This document shows positions 56,681-64,000 of a DNA stretch of 64,000 bases, one piece after another. Where the stretch lies: the IMG/VR virus record IMGVR_UViG_3300027771_001853, positions 62,001 to 126,000 of that record; one strand, given 5' to 3'. Under the pieces are notes generated by a model. That model was not told the DNA's origin. It was given only the letters and a program-made list of their open reading frames with translations, and did no database searches. Each line of letters starts with the position of its first letter. The stretch's first letter is position 1. The translations under genes were made by a program, and so were the position numbers.

Positions 56681-59600
56681 TTTGTACTTTTTGTTAATTC
56701 TTTGTTTATTTGGTAGAAACCATATCCATATATTTCTAATCCCCCGATAGTATCAATTTCACCTAACCTTTGGGAACTCTCAAATACTGACTGTTTGCCT
56801 CTGTTAATAAATAGTTCTGACTGAATTTCTACTTCCTGACAAACATTTATTAATACTTCCTCTTTTGTGATAGCCGACATACATAATTCAATTTCATGTC
56901 CATTGTATGGATTTAACCCCACAGGTACCTCCATTTCAGGGTAAATACAAGTCCCATCATCTACAAGAGCTAGATTATTATAGTTGGTTGCGAGTGGGTC
57001 TGTACACCCATATTGTGGGTAAACACAACAACTAGTATCGTTTATATTTGGTGGGGAACCGCAGCCCAATACTGTCGGTCCACCGTAATTTATCGCTAAT
57101 GGGTCATTACATCCTTGCCCTACACCACCATATTCACAACAACCATCATCCACATCAGGTAAACCTACATTATCCCCATTACAATTAAACTTCCAATTTG
57201 AAGCTAAAGGGTCTGTACAACCATAAATCGGAAATTCACAACAACATTCTGGGGTTGGTACACCACATGGATTAGGGTTCGCAACATCATCACAAGGAAG
57301 ATTAGCAGCTGGATTATAGTTGATGGCTGACGTATTCATACAACCAACTGTAGGGTCTGGACACCCAGTATCAAATGTAGCATATGGACAATAAAGAGGA
57401 TGTCCTGGGTCCATACACCCTGGAAGTTCTATAACACAACTACCATCATCTATCGAATAACTACTTGGTGAAGCATTTGGTGGGTTATATAAGTTTCCAT
57501 TACATGATATTAGTGGACCCGCAGGCATACCCGCTAATGCTGGATATATATTAGCGTAAGATACCGAAGCTGGGGTCGTATATGGGCCCACTTGAACAAT
57601 ACTTGTGTTTAGGTGGTCCCCAAATATAGGGGTGTTAGGTGGTGTTGCTAATGCACTTTCAAATTGACCTGAACCTACATTATATGTACATCCAGCGTCA
57701 AAGTAACAACAATCATTAGTACCACCGGCTGTATTACAAGGATTTATTGTAACCCAAGTTGCCGTTGCGTTTTGTGTCATTACAGTCAAATTTAAAGATA
57801 GAGAACCAGCAATAAAATTACCATTATCGTCCCATACCCCACGCATATAATTTGATGCCGCTGGGTCTAAACATGCTTGGATGGTGTACATACACCCACC
57901 AAAACCCTCTCCATTAATGTGGGCTGGTTTAGCACCATAATTTACTGTGTTTGCTGGTCCAGCGTTTCTTGGCCAGTTATCAACGTAATTTGAAGGATTG
58001 GTACCTAGATTATCCGCTACAACACCAGCACCTGCTGGGTTTGATGGTATGAATGAATCCATTGGGTCACCGTTGGAACTGTATTGGTTACCGTCGTCCA
58101 AACACCCATAAACATAAGGGGTACATGAGTGATGTCTCCAAGCATCTCCACCGTAGGTGGTGTCGTAGTTTCCATCTCCATAGTTTGGCCATAATGTTCC
58201 TGAATTTTTGTTTTGCCAATAATCACCAGCATCTACCTCATAATAAGTTCTTCCTCCCGTTGCTGGTGTGTAGGCAGCACCCCAATTGTCTGGATGCCCA
58301 GCACAAGTAATACCCATCGGTGCATTTGTAGTTGGGGCAGTAGTTGGGTCACAGGCACCGGAACCAACACCATTAGAACCAACAGTACCGGCATAAGGTC
58401 TAATAACATGACTAGGTGGGTCATTTGCAGATACACTAAAAGTACCGGTATACCAATCTTGAGGTACGTTACTATAATTACAATCACAGTAATATTGGTC
58501 CATACTAAATCCTTGCATTACTCTCTTGTTAAACTGCATATCTACAGTCAAAGCGTACCCATATCTATCTATTTGAGCTGAACAACAGTAATTAGGCCCA
58601 CTACCTATTTTCTGTCTATATTGTGGTTGTGGTTCTGATGTTAAAGCTTTTTGTTTACGTAATTCCTGTCTTAAATAATCCTGAGGTGTAAAATTATCTG
58701 TTAATAGGTGTGACCAATGTCTATTATCGTTTTTATTTGCATTTAAAGAAAATCCTTGTCTTTTTAATGGGGGACTAATAAAACTACTTGCACATTCTTC
58801 CCAATGTCCAGACTGTGCAGAAGGTTCAATACCAACACTACTACTAACATCGTATCCTGTTCTCCAATAACACTGTGTTTGTCCGGCTTGGTTAACCCAT
58901 TCCACTATCATCCCAGCATCATAATCAGTAGCACTTCCCACAGCAAGAGCTGATGGCGGTGGTGGTGATTGCCATACACCAAACCACCCTATAAATGCAC
59001 CAGTGGAATTAGGACACGGACATGGTGATACTGGTGTGTAGTTACAACATATGTGGTCTAAATTTTTATAATCTAAACCGTAGGTATACCCACTAAACGT
59101 TGTACCACCAGAAGTGTCAATATATAATATATCATTAACGGTATAACCTGTAGCTATATCTGTTATATAATTAATTACACCACTACCATCAGCACCGTTT
59201 AAAGGTACTGTTGCCCCAACCACATACATATTAGGTCCCCAGTTTTGTAATATTGTTAAATGACTCTCACTTTCTCCAGTTATATAAAAAGGCATAGTCG
59301 TACCGAAATTAGCTTGTGCGTTACTAAAATGGTCCATCACATCAGGGTTACTATCCCCGCTAAAGATATAGTCTTGGAATATACTTTCACACCCAATAGG
59401 TGTTTCAAACCCTGGGGGTTTTAGTTCTATGGTACCAAACATATTACCAGCTGAAGGATAATTCATGGTATATGGTAGAGTTATATGTTTTGAAACGTAT
59501 ACTGTCCCCCATGGGTTTATTTGTTGTAATGTCATCGTATACCCAGTTAAATTAGGTAGGTATGTATGTGTAGATATTGGTGTTGCTATTGATAGGTCGT

Positions 59601-60075
59601 CTATGGTAGAACCGTCACCCCAATTCAATGTATAGTTTGAGAATTCTAAGAATTTTTTAAATTGGAAATCTGAGCTATTAAAGACCGTAACATTGTAACC
59701 GTTCCCAGTATAAACAAAGTTTGTTACAACATCTCTTTGTAATACCATACCATCAAAAGGTGTATATACCCCTATATCGTTAAAGTCTTCAGTTAAACAA
59801 AGTGTTACTGTTGCTCCTGACACACATGGTGGTGTTGGTCCCTCTCCTCTAACTGGAGCAGTATTTCTCCATGTTTTACACCAATAATCCTTTTCTACTG
59901 GAGCTTTCCAATAATCACAAAACCCGTTTTGAAAGAAGAAACAGTCCTCACATTTTTGACCTGAGGGGACATCTTTAGATGTGTACGGTTGGTAGGCCAC
60001 AGGTAATTGTGGTGGAATAACATCAGTTCTTCCAGGGTAAAGTTTTCTTTTTATTTTTATATTAATCTTTTCCAT
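56671..60075 (-). CDS. multidomain virion protein: HiPIP-like module, PKD-like domain, CBM5/12-like module, GCxDP repeats
   Basis: GQKCEDCFFF..FCDYW..V..YWCKTW; LNWGDGS..HTY; W..YDAGMIVEW..CYW..EPS...W; about 7 GC(T/M/N)DP.A.NY-type repeats. Confidence 0.7.
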   Translation of the reverse strand: MEKINIKIKRKLYPGRTDVIPPQLPVAYQPYTSKDVPSGQKCEDCFFFQNGFCDYWKAPVEKDYWCKTWRNTAPVRGEGPTPPCVSGATVTLCLTEDFNDIGVYTPFDGMVLQRDVVTNFVYTGNGYNVTVFNSSDFQFKKFLEFSNYTLNWGDGSTIDDLSIATPISTHTYLPNLTGYTMTLQQINPWGTVYVSKHITLPYTMNYPSAGNMFGTIELKPPGFETPIGCESIFQDYIFSGDSNPDVMDHFSNAQANFGTTMPFYITGESESHLTILQNWGPNMYVVGATVPLNGADGSGVINYITDIATGYTVNDILYIDTSGGTTFSGYTYGLDYKNLDHICCNYTPVSPCPCPNSTGAFIGWFGVWQSPPPPSALAVGSATDYDAGMIVEWVNQAGQTQCYWRTGYDVSSSVGIEPSAQSGHWEECASSFISPPLKRQGFSLNANKNDNRHWSHLLTDNFTPQDYLRQELRKQKALTSEPQPQYRQKIGSGPNYCCSAQIDRYGYALTVDMQFNKRVMQGFSMDQYYCDCNYSNVPQDWYTGTFSVSANDPPSHVIRPYAGTVGSNGVGSGACDPTTAPTTNAPMGITCAGHPDNWGAAYTPATGGRTYYEVDAGDYWQNKNSGTLWPNYGDGNYDTTYGGDAWRHHSCTPYVYGCLDDGNQYSSNGDPMDSFIPSNPAGAGVVADNLGTNPSNYVDNWPRNAGPANTVNYGAKPAHINGEGFGGCMYTIQACLDPAASNYMRGVWDDNGNFIAGSLSLNLTVMTQNATATWVTINPCNTAGGTNDCCYFDAGCTYNVGSGQFESALATPPNTPIFGDHLNTSIVQVGPYTTPASVSYANIYPALAGMPAGPLISCNGNLYNPPNASPSSYSIDDGSCVIELPGCMDPGHPLYCPYATFDTGCPDPTVGCMNTSAINYNPAANLPCDDVANPNPCGVPTPECCCEFPIYGCTDPLASNWKFNCNGDNVGLPDVDDGCCEYGGVGQGCNDPLAINYGGPTVLGCGSPPNINDTSCCVYPQYGCTDPLATNYNNLALVDDGTCIYPEMEVPVGLNPYNGHEIELCMSAITKEEVLINVCQEVEIQSELFINRGKQSVFESSQRLGEIDTIGGLEIYGYGFYQINKELTKSTKWH

Positions 60076-60965
60076 TATGCTGTGGTCCATTGATAAAATT
60101 CAATGGGTGATGCTGGTGTTAACCCTACTCTGGTACCACCTAATTGAACCGTATAGGTAAAATTTGTTGTGTTTATAGGTACTTCATAAAAGAATGAACT
60201 AGCTGGTTGTGTTGTGGGTAATAATGGAGCTGGATTCTTATTGGTAAACTTGACCACTTCCCCCCTAATACCATTATAAAATTGAGCCGACATATAGAAC
60301 TTTCTTATATCTAATAATTTGGTATCCTTCAACCAATGTATATAGTACCCCTCGTCTTTTGTTGTTAATATGAATTCTGGTATATTAACGTCTCTTCTGG
60401 TTTCAATAATTACTTTATTTGGGTTAAACGGGTCTAGTACAGGAGGGTCAGGTATACCATCATTGTTAAAATCTACCGTATCCATTATTTGTTTCTCGGA
60501 CATTGTCGCGTTTAAAATCAATGACATGTATAAAGTTTGGTCACTCCTATTAGGTGAATCGTAAAAATCCATTTTAAAAAAACTTTTCTTAAAGGTTTTA
60601 TCATTTTGGTACATTTGCATTCTTGTAAACCCTTGTGTTTCGTAAGCTGATTCGTTTGGTGGTCCGAGAAAAGTAAAATAACTACCCGGATTAGTGGGTA
60701 CCCCTATGGATGGGTCTTGGAAGTAGAACTTATAATATACTGGTGGTGATGGGTCCGGTACCCCCAACGCTGGGTCCATGTTTTCTGATGGTCTATACCT
60801 TGTTACTTCATAATCTTTAGCCTTACCTATAACCTTATTTAATACATCATCTTCGTATGTTTTTATTAAATCTTCTCTCCCCGCGTCATCAAAATCTAAA
60901 CTTAGGGGTAAGATTACTTTTTGTTCCTTTGAGTCCACTCTTATTTTATATCTATTGACAGTCAT
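60075..60965 (-). CDS. structural-module protein
   Basis: 296 aa; FKKSFFKMDFYDSP, FYMSAQFYNG. Confidence 0.7.
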   Translation of the reverse strand: MTVNRYKIRVDSKEQKVILPLSLDFDDAGREDLIKTYEDDVLNKVIGKAKDYEVTRYRPSENMDPALGVPDPSPPVYYKFYFQDPSIGVPTNPGSYFTFLGPPNESAYETQGFTRMQMYQNDKTFKKSFFKMDFYDSPNRSDQTLYMSLILNATMSEKQIMDTVDFNNDGIPDPPVLDPFNPNKVIIETRRDVNIPEFILTTKDEGYYIHWLKDTKLLDIRKFYMSAQFYNGIRGEVVKFTNKNPAPLLPTTQPASSFFYEVPINTTNFTYTVQLGGTRVGLTPASPIEFYQWTTA

Positions 60966-62706
60966 CTTGTGTAAATTCTTCTAGTGGGTTATCACCTGTT
61001 AAGGTTTTCATTTCATAAACTTCTTGCCCTACCTGTCTTTTTATATAAAACCTAACATCTGTTTTAGGGTAATGAGACCCATTCATATATGGGTAGTCCA
61101 CACCTAACACACCATCTTCTAAAAACCCTATATCATATAGGTCCCTCCACTTCCATAAACCTTCTCTAGTAAAGTAGGTAGCATATCCAGGAATTGAGTC
61201 TTTATCTATGTGAGTATTAACATCTTTAGAGATGTTTTCTGGGTCACCTTCTTCAATATAAGAAGAGAAAACCCTTATAGGGACTTCGTAGTGTGGTGAA
61301 TACGTGTAACCTCTTTTTTCACTATTATTAGTGTCATTTACACCATTATTTGCTAAGTCTATAAGAAAAGCATTTTGATTCCAATTGAACTTATGGTGTA
61401 TCTTGGATATTTCTCTTTCTTTTAATTCAGAGATATTGTATTCTACGAATTCACCTCTTATCCTATCACCAATCACTAATGGGTCTCCACCGACAAAAGG
61501 TGTAGCTGCGTACGGGGTAGAAGGTACGTTTACATTATTAGGGTTAACACCGTCGTACCCAGTTCTAACTGTAGTATCTAAATAAGTGTCTGGAAAATTC
61601 CATGACCAACCATAATTGTGTGGATAATCAAAATACCCCTTTTTATTCCTTAAATTTACGGTAACGTATAGTTTAGTTAGTGGTCTTAATTGTACATCTC
61701 TAAGTTCGGAAACGTCAATATCCCTAGTAAACGAATATACATAAGCTGGATAAGAGTTTTTAACACTTAACCTACATTTTGACAATTCGTTAGGTACTAC
61801 TTGTTCAATTTTTTGTTTTGTTTTAAATACACCATCTTCAAACCCACACCTATTAATAACACAATCATCAACCATAGTTAATATTTTATGCCATACCACA
61901 TAATATTGTGACCGACTCTTTGGTTCTCCTGGTGTTATCATCCTTACAAATGTACCTAATGTATCGTTTGGTGGTGGTGTAGAACCAAATGCTTGAGAAA
62001 CACTGACATTAAAGACGTTTAATTTTGACCTGTATGACGAGGAACCAATACTATAGACTGGTATCTGTGCAGGCATGTTGGTGGTAAAGGTGTATGCTCC
62101 GTGAAAGTTTATTTCAACAAACTCCCCTTCATTTAATCCGTGTGGTGCACCACAATGAAATCTAATTAATTCTTTACCGTTTACACTAACATTTTCCACC
62201 CTAAACGGTATACCGTCAGAAGCCAGAAAATTTAAAGTGGTATCACCAATTAAGTCACCGTCACTATCTATTTGGTAGGCCATTGGTTCGTCCGGAGCAC
62301 ACGAATCTGGGTAACTCACATGGATATTCCAATTAGTTTTATCGGCAGAATACTCATCCATATCATCCCTTACTAAAGAAAATTCTTTGAATTGTGGGAA
62401 TCCTGGCCATGGTGTTTGTGGTGGGTCATTATAATATAATTCTTGGAATATCGATGTTTGTGAGGGGTCTGACGTACCAGAGTAAGTATTATTTAACAAA
62501 CTGTAAAATTTACCATACACTCTATAAATGCTAGTAGACTGTCTCTCAATGTAAAACCTTTGCGATTGAGCTACATCTACCGTCCTATCCCCTTGGATTA
62601 ATTCCCTATATTGTGTCTCTAGTGGAGCATTAACTATAATGTTTTCATCCTGTGAACCAACATATTTCTTACTCCCTACTTGTATTTTTAATTTATTACT
62701 ATTCAT
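60952..62706 (-). CDS. structural-module protein
   Basis: 584 aa; ERQSTSIYRVYGK, HGL..GE.V, WKWRDLYDIGF, DYPYMNGSHY. Confidence 0.7.
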   Translation of the reverse strand: MNSNKLKIQVGSKKYVGSQDENIIVNAPLETQYRELIQGDRTVDVAQSQRFYIERQSTSIYRVYGKFYSLLNNTYSGTSDPSQTSIFQELYYNDPPQTPWPGFPQFKEFSLVRDDMDEYSADKTNWNIHVSYPDSCAPDEPMAYQIDSDGDLIGDTTLNFLASDGIPFRVENVSVNGKELIRFHCGAPHGLNEGEFVEINFHGAYTFTTNMPAQIPVYSIGSSSYRSKLNVFNVSVSQAFGSTPPPNDTLGTFVRMITPGEPKSRSQYYVVWHKILTMVDDCVINRCGFEDGVFKTKQKIEQVVPNELSKCRLSVKNSYPAYVYSFTRDIDVSELRDVQLRPLTKLYVTVNLRNKKGYFDYPHNYGWSWNFPDTYLDTTVRTGYDGVNPNNVNVPSTPYAATPFVGGDPLVIGDRIRGEFVEYNISELKEREISKIHHKFNWNQNAFLIDLANNGVNDTNNSEKRGYTYSPHYEVPIRVFSSYIEEGDPENISKDVNTHIDKDSIPGYATYFTREGLWKWRDLYDIGFLEDGVLGVDYPYMNGSHYPKTDVRFYIKRQVGQEVYEMKTLTGDNPLEEFTQDDCQ

Positions 62707-64000
62707 CTGTAACCGGTAAATAACGTCTTCTTAGATTATCATAAGCACTTGCACCTCTTCTTAAACCAAAATAGTATTGGTGAAAATGACTTAGTCTATA
62801 TTCATTTACCGATGTGTTAGCTGTGAAACCCATATATATGGGGTCAACACCTTGAACAGCAAAATTTCCTGGTTGGCTGAAATCTCCGAATATCTGGGTC
62901 ACATTCCAATTATTATCCCAATCACCATAACCTCCTGTACCTGGAAGTTTCCATTGGTAGTACGGTATAGTTTGTGATTTAAGGTACCCTTCCGGTGGGC
63001 CTAGTAAACAATCCCTTAAACTTGGGTTATTTTGTATAAGATTAAATCGTGACCTTCTTTCGGTTACGTGATTACCAGCATTACCTATTAAGTCGAAACC
63101 ATAAGGGACACCACTTGTTGTACCTATAGAGTAGAATGGGTTAGATGGGTTTTCTTGTGGGTTTTCAAATGGAGCGTTACCAAATTCACAATTTTGTGCT
63201 ATTAATTGTGTAATATCACCATCCAATAATCTATTTTTTCTATTGTTACCTGAACCACCCCATATAGGTGAAGGGCCAAACCATCTATTTATATTAGTAA
63301 ATTGTAATTGCCAAAAATCCAGTTTATTTAATTTCCAATTAAATGTATGTTCTATAATTTCAGAAAAGTCTTGGTGGCTACTCGTTCTTATTTCTTCTAA
63401 TAAATAACATTCTGTGTCCCCAGTTAAACATTCTAGACAGTCATTTGTAGCACAAAAAGTTAAAGGACCTAGTTCCACAATTGTTGTTGGGAATAATATT
63501 CTACTTTCTACTATACCACCATTGGTTTTTTGGAACCCGTCGAAAGGTCCATCTAAAGCGGTAAGTAAACTGGTTGAGGATAACATCTCTGCTGGGGTAG
63601 AACGGTAGTAATATGTCCCTCCAGATACTGGTAAAGTAGGGTCTTTCCATATTAAAGAATCACAATATTCTTCGGTTGGGAGACCGTTACTCATATACCT
63701 ATTATTTTTAAAATTAAAGTGGTATAAACTACCTCTTAACCATGTATTAGATAATGTTCCGTTTGGGACTCCTTGACATAACCCATCATAAATATTTCTT
63801 CTTACTCTCCACTCATTTATAGCAAAGAATAATCTAGTCAAATTAGTCATTAATGTTATCATCATTACAATCTTCCCAGCCATAATACCGTAATAAGCCG
63901 TTTGCCATCCAACAGCTGCGGTAAACGGAATAAAAGCTAACGCAGTACATACTACTAAGTAAGCAAACATTGTGTTAACTACACTAGAGGGACCATCACC
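62699..64000 (-). CDS. structural-module protein, partial (5' end beyond window)
   Basis: Frame is open to position 64000; hydrophobic segment, then NTWLRGSLY, YYRSTP, FPTTIVELG, YYFGL. Confidence 0.7.
   Translation of the reverse strand, partial: GDGPSSVVNTMFAYLVVCTALAFIPFTAAVGWQTAYYGIMAGKIVMMITLMTNLTRLFFAINEWRVRRNIYDGLCQGVPNGTLSNTWLRGSLYHFNFKNNRYMSNGLPTEEYCDSLIWKDPTLPVSGGTYYYRSTPAEMLSSTSLLTALDGPFDGFQKTNGGIVESRILFPTTIVELGPLTFCATNDCLECLTGDTECYLLEEIRTSSHQDFSEIIEHTFNWKLNKLDFWQLQFTNINRWFGPSPIWGGSGNNRKNRLLDGDITQLIAQNCEFGNAPFENPQENPSNPFYSIGTTSGVPYGFDLIGNAGNHVTERRSRFNLIQNNPSLRDCLLGPPEGYLKSQTIPYYQWKLPGTGGYGDWDNNWNVTQIFGDFSQPGNFAVQGVDPIYMGFTANTSVNEYRLSHFHQYYFGLRRGASAYDNLRRRYLPVTDE

Noticed and set aside
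691-63608. Numerous short opposite-strand or alternate-frame ORFs in the track (e.g. 691-1002, 5381-5830, 9166-9714, 29518-30105, 50721-51314)
   Set aside because: They lie within well-supported genes and have the Ser/Leu/Phe-rich composition of antisense shadows
1-64000. Stop-codon reassignment as in some large phages
   Set aside because: Conserved enzymes are full length under code 11, and TAA, TAG and TGA all end genes at sensible positions
1-64000. Bacterial chromosome origin (clpP, metK, dnaJ, cysK, rfbB, sigma factor)
   Set aside because: These genes lack their usual operon partners and sit among phage-type primase, gp46/47-like, RuvC-like and baseplate genes
1-64000. tRNA, rRNA, introns or inteins
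   Set aside because: Intergenic gaps are short and AT-rich with no cloverleaf recognised; no intein or intron-type interruptions seen in conserved genes (by eye only)

Overview
AT-rich, gene-dense 64-kb segment of a large (jumbo-type, T4-like/myovirus-style) bacteriophage genome. The host is most likely Bacteroidota, based on TTTG-N19-TAnnTTTG promoters, a Bacteroidota-type sigma-70, an Hc1-like protein and GCxDP repeats. Standard genetic code; most genes are on the minus strand. 1-26 kb is an accessory/host-takeover region: DUF932, ClpP, MetK, YkuD-like enzyme, DruA/DUF4338-like protein, DnaJ, Hc1, amidase plus spanin-like genes, sigma factor. 26-35.5 kb holds RmlB, CysK and a recombination/replication block (SbcC/SbcD-like, PD-(D/E)xK exonuclease, primase, RuvC-like). 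35.5-64 kb is a baseplate/tail structural module with very large Cys- and Ser/Thr-rich proteins. The most notable signal is a dispersed set of about 9 genes with an N-terminal [LIV]-x-E leader resembling a capsid-targeting/prohead-protease signal, most also with a TATTTAT upstream motif. Their payloads are diverse: three paralogues with a conserved SCxYG..WCT core and swapped C-termini (acidic, winged-helix-like, LRR), a pre-toxin-TG-like protein, a PD-(D/E)xK nuclease-like protein and acidic proteins. I infer this is a virion-packaged, polymorphic effector system. A HiPIP-like 4-Cys module is also inserted in a tail-region protein. No tRNA, rRNA, CRISPR array or transposase was recognised. 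All family calls are from motif recognition by eye; no database searches were run.
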